DNA of 64,000 nt from Bacilli bacterium. Its GTDB lineage: Bacteria; Bacillota_I; Bacilli_A; RF39; UBA660. The stretch's first letter is position 1. The number at the start of each line of letters is the position of its first letter. A program made the position numbers and the translations under genes. The notes beneath the pieces were generated by a model, which ran no database searches, was not told the DNA's origin, and saw nothing but the letters and a program-made list of their open reading frames with translations. Location of the stretch: the NCBI GenBank assembly GCA_017525035.1, contig JAFXTH010000004.1, forward strand, positions 48,385-112,384, written 5' to 3'. This document shows positions 27,873 through 37,917 of this stretch, one piece after another.

Positions 27873-29729
27873 ATGTATGACGTTATTGTAATTGGTGGAG
27901 GACACGCTGGATGTGAAGCATGCCTTGCAAGTGCTCGTTTAGGAAAAAAGACATTACTAGTAACAGGAAAAATTAAAAATATTGCAGATATGCCATGTAA
28001 TCCATCAATTGGTGGACCAGCAAAAGGTATTATTGTTAGAGAAATAGATGCCTTAGGTGGTGAAATGGGTAAAAATATAGATAAAAGTTTTCTTCAAATG
28101 AAGATGCTTAATACTAAAAAAGGTCCAGCTGTTAGAGCACTTCGTGCCCAAGCAGATAAAGTAACTTACCAAAAAGAGATGCAAGAGACTATACTTAATC
28201 AAAAAAATCTTGAAGTATTAGAAGCAATGGCAGAAGATTTAATTGTTGAAGATAATAAAATAAAAGGTGTTATTACAAGAGACGGCACAAAAATAGAAGG
28301 TAAAACAGTTATTATTACAACAGGAACTTACTTAAAAGGTATGGTTTTATATGGTGCAACTAAGATATCAAGTGGACCACATGATGAAGAACCATCTCTA
28401 CATTTAAGTGATGCATTAAAAAGAGTAGGATTTACAATAAAACGTTTAAAAACTGGTACACCACCAAGAATTAAGAAAGAAAGTATTGATTATTCAAAGG
28501 CTGTTATTCAACCAGGCGATCAAGAATTATATAATTTTTCTTTTTCCAATACACCAAATTATAATCCAGATGAACAAATACCATGTTATTTGATATATAC
28601 AACGCCAGAAACACATAAAATTATTAAAGAAAACTTAACAAAATCAAGTATGTATGGTGGTTATGTTGAAGGAGTAGGACCAAGATATTGTCCTTCAATT
28701 GAAGATAAAATAGTTAAATTTGCAGATAAGGAAAGACATCAAATATTCTTAGAGCCAGAAAGTATTTATTATGATGATATATATATTCAAGGTTTCTCAA
28801 CAAGCATGCCACATGATGTTCAAGAAAAAATGGTTCACAGTCTTCCGGGACTTGAGAATGCTGAAATAGTTAAATATGCTTATGCTATTGAATATGATGC
28901 AATAGATTCAATGCAATTAAAACCAAGCCTAGAAACAAAAATTGTAGAAAACTTATTTACTGCAGGACAAATAAATGGTACAAGCGGTTATGAAGAAGCT
29001 GCAGGTCAAGGATTAATTGCAGGAATAAATGCTGCAAGAAAACTTGATAATAAAGAACCATTAATATTAAAAAGAAATGAAGCATATATAGGTGTATTAA
29101 TAGATGACTTGGTAACCAAAGGTGTTATTGATCCATACAGATTATTAACATCACGCGCAGAATATAGATTATTATTAAGACATGATAATGCTGATATAAG
29201 ACTAATGGATTATGGTCATGACATTGGACTTATAGATTCTAAAGAATATAATAAATTTAAAAACAAATTAGAAGATATAGAAAAACTAAAAGAATTATTA
29301 AAATCAATTAAATTAACTCCTAAAGAAGATACTAATAAATATATTGAATCTTTAGGAAGTGCTAAATTACTTGATTCGATTACGCTATATGAATTATTAA
29401 AAAGACCAGAAATAGAATATGATTCAATCAAACAATATGTTAATGAAGAGTTTTCTAGTGATGTTATTGAACAAGTAGTAATAAATATTAAATATGATGG
29501 ATATATTGCTAAAGCTAATAAAGAAGCAGAAAAGATGCTAGAATATGAAAATATTAAATTAAGCGATACACTTGATTATTCAGTTATTCCTAATCTTGCT
29601 AAAGAAGCAGTACAAAAACTTAATGAAATAAAACCTATATCAATAGGGCAAGCATTAAGAATAAGTGGAGTTAATCCAGCAGATATCACAATGATATTAT
29701 TATATTTAAAGAGGAATAAGAATGAATAA
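27873..29729 (+). CDS. mnmG: tRNA uridine 5-carboxymethylaminomethyl modification enzyme MnmG (GidA).
   Basis: The product begins MYDVIVIGGGHAGCEA (FAD-binding), has the length of a full GidA, and is followed by rsmG. Confidence 0.95.
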   Translation: MYDVIVIGGGHAGCEACLASARLGKKTLLVTGKIKNIADMPCNPSIGGPAKGIIVREIDALGGEMGKNIDKSFLQMKMLNTKKGPAVRALRAQADKVTYQKEMQETILNQKNLEVLEAMAEDLIVEDNKIKGVITRDGTKIEGKTVIITTGTYLKGMVLYGATKISSGPHDEEPSLHLSDALKRVGFTIKRLKTGTPPRIKKESIDYSKAVIQPGDQELYNFSFSNTPNYNPDEQIPCYLIYTTPETHKIIKENLTKSSMYGGYVEGVGPRYCPSIEDKIVKFADKERHQIFLEPESIYYDDIYIQGFSTSMPHDVQEKMVHSLPGLENAEIVKYAYAIEYDAIDSMQLKPSLETKIVENLFTAGQINGTSGYEEAAGQGLIAGINAARKLDNKEPLILKRNEAYIGVLIDDLVTKGVIDPYRLLTSRAEYRLLLRHDNADIRLMDYGHDIGLIDSKEYNKFKNKLEDIEKLKELLKSIKLTPKEDTNKYIESLGSAKLLDSITLYELLKRPEIEYDSIKQYVNEEFSSDVIEQVVINIKYDGYIAKANKEAEKMLEYENIKLSDTLDYSVIPNLAKEAVQKLNEIKPISIGQALRISGVNPADITMILLYLKRNKNE

Positions 29730-30429
29730 AGAAGAATTTATTAAAGAAGTAGAAGCTTTAGGAATAGAAGTAGATGACAATAAATTAAATTTATTAGAAA
29801 TGTTTTATAATTTATTAATTGAATGGAATGAAAAAATTAATCTAACTACTATAACTAATCATGAAGAAGTATATTTAAAACATTTTTATGATAGTTTAAC
29901 TTTATACAAGGAAATTGACTTAGATAATGAAATTAAATTATGTGATGTAGGTAGTGGAGCTGGTTTTCCTGGAATAGTTATTAAGATATTTTTTCCAAAG
30001 GTTAAGATTACACTTATTGATTCACTACAAAAAAGAGTTAATTATCTTAATGAAATAATTAAAGAGTTAGGCTTAACAGATATAGAGGCTTTCCACTATA
30101 GAATGGAAGACTATTCAAAAGAACATACTGAAGAGTTTGATTATATTACAGCAAGAGCAGTAGCAGATTTGAGTATAATTTCTGAAGTATCAGTAAGAGC
30201 ACTTAAAATAAATGGTTCTTTAGTATTTATGAAAGCCAATTGTGATGAAGAACTTGAAAGATTTATTCCAAATGCTAAGAAGCTTGGATTAGTAATAGAT
30301 AATATTAATAAATTTCAATTACCTATTGAAAATAGTAATAGAACATTAATAAGTATTAAGAAAGTTTCTAAAACAAATAGTATATATCCAAGAAGAATAG
30401 ATATAATAAAAAAAGAATGCATTAAATAG
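29722..30429 (+). CDS. rsmG: 16S rRNA (guanine527-N7)-methyltransferase RsmG (GidB).
   Basis: The 235-aa product has the SAM methyltransferase motif DVGSGAGFPG and lies downstream of mnmG. Confidence 0.9.
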   Translation: MNKEEFIKEVEALGIEVDDNKLNLLEMFYNLLIEWNEKINLTTITNHEEVYLKHFYDSLTLYKEIDLDNEIKLCDVGSGAGFPGIVIKIFFPKVKITLIDSLQKRVNYLNEIIKELGLTDIEAFHYRMEDYSKEHTEEFDYITARAVADLSIISEVSVRALKINGSLVFMKANCDEELERFIPNAKKLGLVIDNINKFQLPIENSNRTLISIKKVSKTNSIYPRRIDIIKKECIK

Positions 30430-30481
30430 TATTCTTTTTTTTATTTATGTATTATAATCAAAATATAAAATAGGTGATGAA

Positions 30482-31807
30482 ATGAAAAATAAGAAAGAAA
30501 AAGCTTTCACGTTAATTGAATTATTGGCAGTTATTATAATCTTGGGAATACTTATGATTATAGCAATTCCAAGTGTTACTAGTTACATTTCAACATCAAG
30601 AAAAAGCGCATATATTGATACTGCTAGACAGGTTATAGCAAGTACAAGAAATTTAGTTAATAGTGGAAAATTAAGTATGTTTGATAGAAGTGCAACATAT
30701 TATATCCCAACAAGTTGTATTAAACTTGAAAATAGTAATACTCCAGTATCTCCTTATGGAGATTTTGAAAGAGCATATATAGTAGTTACTTACGAAGGGT
30801 CAAATTATAACTACTATTGGGTAAGTGTAGATGAAACAGGACAAGGAATTAGTACACTTACTAAAGTCGATGATTTGGATGAAGATTTAATTAAAACAGG
30901 ATTAAAAGGATCAGATATTGTTTTAGAAAATATTTCTGGAAAGAATCGATTAGTAGAATTCACAGCAGATTGTAAGAATACAATCAATCATGTTGATGAT
31001 GCTGGTTCAGATGCTGCAAATACAACAGATAATATTACATGGACTTATAATGATATGAGTATAAGTGTTGATGTTCATTTATCACAGTGTAACATAAGTG
31101 GCGATTATAAAATTTGTTATAATGCAACAATCGATGCTTCTAATGTTGGAGAAAATGCAACAATTAAATATTTTGAAGCTATATTTGATATTCCGCAAGG
31201 TACTGAATTAGTTCATCAAGGGTATGATCCAGATAAGTTAAAAGCAGAAATTGTTGATGGAAAATTAAAAATTATTGGAAACTCTGGACAAAATACATGG
31301 AATTTTTTAACACCAAGTAACGGATCAAGTCACTTATCAGGTGGTTTCCAAATTAAATTCCCTAAAGATGTTGATTTTGTATTACAAAATGGTAAAATTC
31401 AATATGTTGAATTAGTTAGTGGTGTTCAAGAAGGTAATTCATCAGGAGTTCAAGGCAATGCTTCTGATATGAATATTGATCTTGCAAAACTTAATATTAG
31501 ACTTGTAAGAGATAATTACTATAATAGTGGAAATGGTAAATATACTGCACAATACACTGTATATGTTAAAAACATTTCTGATTCTGATATTACTGATTGG
31601 TCATTTGTTCTTGAAGCACCAGATACTATTACTAATATATCTTCATATAACCCATTAATTTATAGTAAGAGTGGAAATGTTTATACATTTACTCCATTTG
31701 AATGGGATAATGAATATAGAACATTGTCACCAAATGAAACAGCACACTATGATAAAAAATTGGTAATAGAGACAACTGATATGAACGCTATTCCAACAAT
31801 TAGATAG
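30482..31807 (+). CDS. Large type IV pilin-like protein with a prepilin-type N-terminal domain.
   Basis: The N-terminus MKNKKEKAFTLIELLAVIIILGILMIIAIPS is a class III signal-peptide/methylation motif, with Ala instead of Gly at -1 and the conserved Glu at +5. It is followed by about 400 aa of Ser/Thr/Asn/Gly-rich, beta-rich sequence. Confidence 0.65.
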   Translation: MKNKKEKAFTLIELLAVIIILGILMIIAIPSVTSYISTSRKSAYIDTARQVIASTRNLVNSGKLSMFDRSATYYIPTSCIKLENSNTPVSPYGDFERAYIVVTYEGSNYNYYWVSVDETGQGISTLTKVDDLDEDLIKTGLKGSDIVLENISGKNRLVEFTADCKNTINHVDDAGSDAANTTDNITWTYNDMSISVDVHLSQCNISGDYKICYNATIDASNVGENATIKYFEAIFDIPQGTELVHQGYDPDKLKAEIVDGKLKIIGNSGQNTWNFLTPSNGSSHLSGGFQIKFPKDVDFVLQNGKIQYVELVSGVQEGNSSGVQGNASDMNIDLAKLNIRLVRDNYYNSGNGKYTAQYTVYVKNISDSDITDWSFVLEAPDTITNISSYNPLIYSKSGNVYTFTPFEWDNEYRTLSPNETAHYDKKLVIETTDMNAIPTIR

Positions 31808-31814
31808 AAATAAA

Positions 31815-31847
31815 AAGAAAATAATTCAATTATTTTCTTTTATTTTT
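31815..31847 (+). terminator. Intrinsic terminator after the pilin-like gene (AAGAAAATAAT-tca-ATTATTTTCTT plus T-rich tail).
   Basis: An 11-bp perfect stem read directly from the sequence. Confidence 0.55.
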
Positions 31848-31904
31848 AACTAAAATACATTATAATGTTATAGTAGGGTAGTGTAAAAAGAAGAGGGTGT
31901 TGCT

Positions 31905-33218
31905 ATGAATGACAATAATAGCGAAGTAGTATATTTATATTTGGATGATATTATTCCAAATAGATTTCAACCAAGAGAAGTATTTGATGAACAAGCATTA
32001 AAAGAATTAGCTGTATCAATCAAAGAACATGGAGTTATACAACCAATTATTGTAAGACAGGTTGAAAATAAATATGAAATTATTGCAGGAGAAAGAAGAT
32101 ATAAGGCATCAACAATGGCAGGTCTTACAAAGATACCTGCAATTGTTAAGAATTTAGATGATAAAGAAAGTTCTAAAATAGCTTTAATAGAAAATCTTCA
32201 GAGAAAAGATTTATCACCAATTGAAGAAGCAAGAACATATCAAAAGATTCTTGAAATTGAGGATAATATGACTCAAGAAGAACTTGCTGCTACTATGGGT
32301 AAAACTCAATCTTCTGTATCTAATAAATTAAGATTGTTAGCATTACCTGAAGAAGTTCAAGATGCTTTATTGAAAGATAAAATATCTGAAAGACATGCAA
32401 GAACATTATTAAACTTAGAAGATAGAAACGATCAAATAAAGATGATGGATCGAGTAATAGAAAATAAAATGACAGTAAGAGAGCTTGAAAAAGCAATTAA
32501 AGAATTTAAAGATCCTACAAGTATTGTGGAAGAAAATCAAGCTATAGATGCAGCTCCAGCGATTGTAAATGTTGATGATGCATCACTTAGTGCTAGCGAT
32601 TTAGTAAATGAAGAATCACAATCAACAGAAAGAACATTGGCGGATACATTTATGGATATTAAAAATGGAATAGACACAGAAACAAATACTGAAGCAGTTT
32701 CTGTTGAAGAACAAATAGACGCAATTGATCCAACAGAAGTAAATATAGACAAAATAAGAGAAAGTGCAGTGGACATTGGAGGAGCAAAAGTTGAAGAGGC
32801 TACAGAAGTAAGTCCTGAACCACAAATGGGATTTAAATTTGTTCCATCGTTCAGTTCAGCAGGAACAGTAACAGAACCTCCAACAACACCGGAAGTTGTG
32901 GCAGTAGAACCCGTAACAGAAGCACCTGCGCCAACTGAAGAAGTATCAGATATATCTCCTGCTTTTGAACAACCATCTCAAGACTTAGTTAATAAAGAAC
33001 CAACACTAGATGAAATAAATCAACCAGATACAATTGCAGCAGAGATTGGAAACCAACCTATAGCAATAGCAGCAGGTGGTAAAGATATATCAACAGCTAT
33101 TGAAAAAATAAAAGAAGAAGTTGATAGTTTAAAGAATGATGGCTACAACGTAATGCTTGATGAAATGGATAATAAAGACAATTATTTGATTTCAATTATT
33201 TTTAAGAAAGATGCATAG
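31905..33218 (+). CDS. noc: ParB-family nucleoid occlusion protein (Noc-like) with a long acidic/Pro/Thr-rich C-terminal extension.
   Basis: The N-terminal ParB motifs are present (IIAGERRYKAS, HTH region). It lies between rsmG and soj, the Noc position in Bacillus. Residues from about 230 to 437 are low-complexity (EPVTEAPAPTEEVSD...). Confidence 0.7.
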   Translation: MNDNNSEVVYLYLDDIIPNRFQPREVFDEQALKELAVSIKEHGVIQPIIVRQVENKYEIIAGERRYKASTMAGLTKIPAIVKNLDDKESSKIALIENLQRKDLSPIEEARTYQKILEIEDNMTQEELAATMGKTQSSVSNKLRLLALPEEVQDALLKDKISERHARTLLNLEDRNDQIKMMDRVIENKMTVRELEKAIKEFKDPTSIVEENQAIDAAPAIVNVDDASLSASDLVNEESQSTERTLADTFMDIKNGIDTETNTEAVSVEEQIDAIDPTEVNIDKIRESAVDIGGAKVEEATEVSPEPQMGFKFVPSFSSAGTVTEPPTTPEVVAVEPVTEAPAPTEEVSDISPAFEQPSQDLVNKEPTLDEINQPDTIAAEIGNQPIAIAAGGKDISTAIEKIKEEVDSLKNDGYNVMLDEMDNKDNYLISIIFKKDA

Positions 33219-33242
33219 TTTTCTTTCTTTTTTTTTCTAAAA

Positions 33243-33268
33243 AAGGATTTATTAATCCTTTATTATTT
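33243..33268 (+). terminator. Intrinsic terminator after noc (AAGGATT-tatt-AATCCTT plus T-rich).
   Basis: Read directly from the sequence. Confidence 0.5.
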
Positions 33269-33306
33269 GGTAAAATAATATAGAAGTTATTAAGAAGGTG
33301 ATGTAG

Positions 33307-34092
33307 ATGGGAAAAATGATTTCTTTAGTTAATCAAAAAGGTGGAGTTGGTAAAACTACTACTAGCATTAACTTATCTGCGTCTTTAGCTTATTTAGGTA
33401 AAAAAGTATTATTATTAGATTTAGATCCACAAGGAAATACCACTACTGGTATTGGTATGAATAAAGGTGATATAGATAGAACTATCTATGATGTATTAAC
33501 TGGAAAATGCAATATTGAAGATGCTATTATCCACACACAATACAAGAGATTGGATTTAATTCCAGCAACTGTTAACTTAAGTGGATTAGACACTGAATTT
33601 TTCGAAAAATCTAAAGAAGAACCTAACTTTGTTAAAGGAGCACAATTAAAAAATAAAATTAAATCAATTAGAGACAATTACGATTATATTATCGTTGATT
33701 GCCCACCATCACTAAGTATTATTACAATAAATGCTTTGACTGCATCAAACTCAGTTATAATACCAGTTCAATGTGAGTTCTTAGCACTTGAAGGTATTAT
33801 GCAATTATTAAATACAATTATGATGGCACAAAAACAATTAAATCCTAGTCTTGAAATTGAAGGAGTTTTACTAACAATGTTAGATTCAAGAGCAAATTTA
33901 GGATTTGAAGTAGTTGAAGAAATCAGAAAGTATTTCAAAGAAAGAGTTTATAATACAATTATTCCAAGACTTGTTAGACTTGCAGAGTCTCCATCTCATG
34001 GGAAGCCAATAATAGCATATGATCCAAAATGTAGAGCAACTGATGCTTATATAAATTTAGCGAAGGAAGTGATTGAGAGAAATGGACAATAA
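33307..34092 (+). CDS. soj: Chromosome partitioning ATPase ParA/Soj.
   Basis: The 261-aa product has the deviant Walker A NQKGGVGKTTT. Confidence 0.9.
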   Translation: MGKMISLVNQKGGVGKTTTSINLSASLAYLGKKVLLLDLDPQGNTTTGIGMNKGDIDRTIYDVLTGKCNIEDAIIHTQYKRLDLIPATVNLSGLDTEFFEKSKEEPNFVKGAQLKNKIKSIRDNYDYIIVDCPPSLSIITINALTASNSVIIPVQCEFLALEGIMQLLNTIMMAQKQLNPSLEIEGVLLTMLDSRANLGFEVVEEIRKYFKERVYNTIIPRLVRLAESPSHGKPIIAYDPKCRATDAYINLAKEVIERNGQ

Positions 34093-34966
34093 CACTTATA
34101 AAAGAAGAGCTTTAGGAAAAGGATTAGAGGAACTATTTAACAACGAACAAATTAATTTTGATCAAATTGAGGAGAAAATACTAGATTCAAGTACAAGAGA
34201 TGAAATAGTAGAATTGCCAGTTGATGAGTTAAGACCTAACCCATATCAACCTAGAAAAGTATTTGATGAAGATAAGTTAAATGAACTAGCTAATTCAATT
34301 AAAGAACATGGTATTTTTCAACCAATTATTGTTAAGAAAAGTTCAATAAAAGGTTATGAAATAATTGCCGGTGAAAGAAGAGTTAAAGCTTGTAAAATTG
34401 CTGGTATTGAAAAGATACCTGCTATAGTAAGAGATTTCACTGATGAACAAATGATGGAAATTGCATTGCTAGAAAACTTACAAAGAGAAAATTTAAACTC
34501 AATAGAAGAAGCAATGGCTTATAAAAACTTGCTTGATGCAATGAAAGTAACACAAGAAGAACTTGCTAAAAGGTTAGGTAAGAGTAGAAGTCATATTACT
34601 AACATGTTAGGACTTCTAAATCTTCCTGAAGAAGTAAAAGATATGATTGTAGAAGAGAAAATATCTATGTCTCATGCAAGAGTATTAAGTAAGATGGAAA
34701 ATAAAGAAGAAGTTATAGCACTTGCTAATAGAATTGTTAATGAAAGATTAAATGTTAGAGATATAGAAGATGTATCTAAAGATGAATCTATCAAGAAAAC
34801 ACATAAGATTAAAGTAAAACAAAACAATAAATATGAGTATATTCAAAATACAATGTGTGAAAAACTAGGTACAAAAGTTAAGATAACTTCTAATAGAATA
34901 AATATTACATTTACTAATGATAATGATCTAAATAGAATATTAGAAATATTAAATATTGGTGAATAA
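34082..34966 (+). CDS. spo0J: Chromosome partitioning protein ParB/Spo0J.
   Basis: It has ParB box motifs (IIAGERRVKACK, HTH LAKRLGKSRSHITN) and overlaps the soj stop. The start was chosen at MDNNTY; the track starts at 34073. Confidence 0.85.
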   Translation: MDNNTYKRRALGKGLEELFNNEQINFDQIEEKILDSSTRDEIVELPVDELRPNPYQPRKVFDEDKLNELANSIKEHGIFQPIIVKKSSIKGYEIIAGERRVKACKIAGIEKIPAIVRDFTDEQMMEIALLENLQRENLNSIEEAMAYKNLLDAMKVTQEELAKRLGKSRSHITNMLGLLNLPEEVKDMIVEEKISMSHARVLSKMENKEEVIALANRIVNERLNVRDIEDVSKDESIKKTHKIKVKQNNKYEYIQNTMCEKLGTKVKITSNRINITFTNDNDLNRILEILNIGE

Positions 34967-34969
34967 AAT

Positions 34970-35155
34970 ATGGATGATAAAAAAATAGAAATAGGCACAA
35001 TAGTTACTATGAAAAAAGGACATCCTTGTGGTGAGAACCTATGGGAAGTTGTAAGAGTTGGTGCAGACGTTAAACTAAAATGCACTAAATGTGGAAGAAT
35101 TATAATGATGCCTAGAATCGAATTTAATAAAAAGATTAAAAAAATTGTAAGTTAG
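34970..35155 (+). CDS. DUF951-family small protein (YyzM-like).
   Basis: The 61-aa product has paired Cys motifs (HPCG...CTKCG). Confidence 0.5.
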   Translation: MDDKKIEIGTIVTMKKGHPCGENLWEVVRVGADVKLKCTKCGRIIMMPRIEFNKKIKKIVS

Positions 35156-35163
35156 GAGCAAAT

Positions 35164-36762
35164 ATGAAAAATAGAAAAAGAATTCATTTTAAAAAATATT
35201 CATTTCATCCTATTACTGCATTTATAATAATGACTGTTTTAGTTATGATATTAAGTTTCTTTTTATCATTATTTCAAATCCAGGCTACTTACTCTAAAGT
35301 AAATGCATCTGGAGAACTTGAAAGTGTACTAGTAACAGTTCAAAATGTTTTAAATTTTGAAGGGATTAAATATTTGATTAGTAATGCTGCTAAAAACTTT
35401 GTAGCATTTACGCCACTTAGTACATTGCTAATTGGTTTAATAGGTTTATCAGTTGCCCATGCTAGTGGCCTTATTGATACATTTATTAAAAGAGGAACAT
35501 TAAAGGTAAATAATAAGAAATTAACATTTTTATTTATTTTTGTAGCAACTATTTCAAGTATTATTAATGAAGTTGGATATGTAATATTAATACCACTTTC
35601 TGCACTAGTATTCCTTGCAAATGGAAGAAACCCACTGCTTGGTATAACTGCAACATTCTGTGGTGTTGCTTTTGGCTATGGCGTAACAATATTTGCGGGA
35701 AGTGCTGAAATTAATCTTGTTCCAATAACTGAAGGTGCAGCAAGATTAGTAGATGGTGGTTTCCACGTAAGCTTATTATCAAACTTATTTGCGATAATAG
35801 CCTCTTCAGTTGTGGTATCTATTGTAGGAACATATTTAATAGAAAATGTAGTATCAAAAAAAGTTGGTAGATATCATTTAGCATCAAACGAAGATACTAG
35901 TGGAGAAACAAGAGAAATTAAAATAGAAGCTGTTGAAGAAGAACAACAAAGAAGATTAGAAGCAGAAGTAAGAGAGAAAAAAGGATTAAAATATGCTCAA
36001 ATTACTTTTATAGTATTTGCTTTACTTTTTGCTTATATGATAATACCTAATTTACCTGGAAGCGGATTACTTCTTGATATGAAAGAAAAAGCATACATTA
36101 ATCAATTATTTGGAGAGAATGCATACTTTCAAGAAGGATTTACATTCTTAATATCAATGATGTTTTTGCTTATGGGAGTTGCTTATACAATTGGTGCCAG
36201 AACAATTAAAAGTGATAAAGAACTAGTTGAAAAGGCAACTACATATTTAAAAGATGTTGGGCATTTATTTGCACTAATATTCTTTGCGTCACAATTTATA
36301 GCAATATTTAAGAAAACAAATATAGGTAATGTTATGGTTGCATTTGCATCAACAATTATAAGAAACTTACCATTCTCTGGTATTCCTTTAATTGTTACAG
36401 TAGTAATACTCATTGCGTTATCAGGATTATTTGTTACAACACAAGTATCAAAATGGACAATTCTTGCTCCATCAGTAGTACCTTTATTAATGCAAAATAA
36501 TATATCTCCGCAATTTACTCAATTCTTGTTTAGAGCTGGAGATTCAATGGCAAAAGGATTAACGCCACTTCTTGCTTATTTTGTTATTTACTTAGGATAC
36601 TTAAACATATATAATACAGAAAAGGAACCAATTACTATTAGAAGAGCGTTATCATTTGTATATCCATATGGCTTAGTAATAGGTTTAACTTGGATATTAA
36701 TATTAGTACTATTCTATATAGTTGGTATTCCAATAGGTCCTGGTGTTTCACCAGCATTATAA
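35164..36762 (+). CDS. AbgT-family transporter (p-aminobenzoyl-glutamate / MtrF-like).
   Basis: Twelve or more TM segments. VQNVLNFEGIKYLISNAAKNFVAFTPLSTLLIGLIGL and HVSLLSNLFAIIASSVVVSIVG align with E. coli AbgT conserved blocks. Confidence 0.65.
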   Translation: MKNRKRIHFKKYSFHPITAFIIMTVLVMILSFFLSLFQIQATYSKVNASGELESVLVTVQNVLNFEGIKYLISNAAKNFVAFTPLSTLLIGLIGLSVAHASGLIDTFIKRGTLKVNNKKLTFLFIFVATISSIINEVGYVILIPLSALVFLANGRNPLLGITATFCGVAFGYGVTIFAGSAEINLVPITEGAARLVDGGFHVSLLSNLFAIIASSVVVSIVGTYLIENVVSKKVGRYHLASNEDTSGETREIKIEAVEEEQQRRLEAEVREKKGLKYAQITFIVFALLFAYMIIPNLPGSGLLLDMKEKAYINQLFGENAYFQEGFTFLISMMFLLMGVAYTIGARTIKSDKELVEKATTYLKDVGHLFALIFFASQFIAIFKKTNIGNVMVAFASTIIRNLPFSGIPLIVTVVILIALSGLFVTTQVSKWTILAPSVVPLLMQNNISPQFTQFLFRAGDSMAKGLTPLLAYFVIYLGYLNIYNTEKEPITIRRALSFVYPYGLVIGLTWILILVLFYIVGIPIGPGVSPAL

Positions 36763-36774
36763 GGGGGAATTTAA

Positions 36775-37872
36775 ATGAGTTTAAAAGCAGGTATTGTAGG
36801 ACTTCCTAATGTTGGAAAATCTACTTTGTTTAATGCAATTACAAAACAAAATATTTTGGCAGCAAATTATCCATTTGCTACAATTGAACCTAACGTTGGT
36901 GTAGTTATAGTAAATGATTACAGATTAGATAGATTAACAGAGATCTATAAGCCAGCTAAGACAACTCCAACAGCATACGAATTTACTGACATTGCTGGGC
37001 TTGTTAAAGGAGCTAGTGAAGGTGAAGGTTTAGGAAACAAATTTCTATCACATATAAGAGAAGTAGATGCAATTGTAGAAGTTGTAAGATGCTTTGACGA
37101 TAGCAATATTATTCATGTTGATAGTAAGATTGATCCTGTTAATGATATTGAAGTTATTAATCTTGAATTAACTTTATCTGATTTAGAAATAGTTAATTCT
37201 AGAATAGATAAAATAAAGAAAAAAGCAGAAACTAATAGAGATAAAGAAGCTTTAGAAGAATACGAAATATTAAAGAAAGCTAAAGAAGCGCTAGAAAAAG
37301 GTACAGCTCTTAGAAGAGTAGAATTTACTAAAGATGAAAAGATATATTTCAAAAGCTTTAATCTTCTAACAATGAAACCTATTATATATATGGCTAATGT
37401 TAAAGAAGATGAATTAACAATTGAAAATGATTATGTTAAGAAAGTTAGAGAATATGCTTCTCAAGAAGGTTCTAAAGTAGTTAAGGCTTGCGCTAAAATG
37501 GAAGCTGATTTAAGTGACTTATCTGATGAAGATAAAAAGGAAATGTTAGAGTCTGTCGGTATAGAAGAAAGTGGTCTTGATCAATTAATTAAGGCAACTT
37601 ATGATTTATTGGGACTAGCTACATATTTCACTGGAGGACCAGATGAAGTAAGAGCATGGACATTTAAAAAAGGAATGAATGCTAAAGAGTGTGCCGGTAT
37701 AATTCATACTGACTTTGAAAAAGGTTTCATTAAGGCAGAAATTATGTCGTATGAAGACTTAGACAAATATGGTAGCGAATTAAAAGTAAAAGAAGCAGGT
37801 AAAACACGTCTTGAAGGTAAAGACTACCTTATGCAAGATGGAGATATTTGTTACTTCAGATTTAATGTTTAG
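36775..37872 (+). CDS. ychF: Ribosome-binding ATPase YchF (Obg-family GTPase).
   Basis: The G1 motif GIVGLPNVGKSTLFNA is present, along with a C-terminal TGS domain. Confidence 0.95.
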   Translation: MSLKAGIVGLPNVGKSTLFNAITKQNILAANYPFATIEPNVGVVIVNDYRLDRLTEIYKPAKTTPTAYEFTDIAGLVKGASEGEGLGNKFLSHIREVDAIVEVVRCFDDSNIIHVDSKIDPVNDIEVINLELTLSDLEIVNSRIDKIKKKAETNRDKEALEEYEILKKAKEALEKGTALRRVEFTKDEKIYFKSFNLLTMKPIIYMANVKEDELTIENDYVKKVREYASQEGSKVVKACAKMEADLSDLSDEDKKEMLESVGIEESGLDQLIKATYDLLGLATYFTGGPDEVRAWTFKKGMNAKECAGIIHTDFEKGFIKAEIMSYEDLDKYGSELKVKEAGKTRLEGKDYLMQDGDICYFRFNV

Positions 37873-37896
37873 AGGTTTATTTTTAAACCTCTTTTA
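37871..37896 (+). terminator. Intrinsic terminator after ychF (AGAGGTTTA-tttt-TAAACCTCT plus T-run).
   Basis: A perfect 9-bp stem read directly from the sequence. Confidence 0.65.
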
Positions 37897-37917
37897 TTGT
37901 ATAATTAATATATGTAG

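Noticed and set aside
30482-31807. Calling the pilin-like gene comGC, a competence pseudopilin.
   Set aside because: At 441 aa it is about four times the size of ComGC-type pilins and has no adjacent comG operon genes. Only the N-terminal class III signal is shared.
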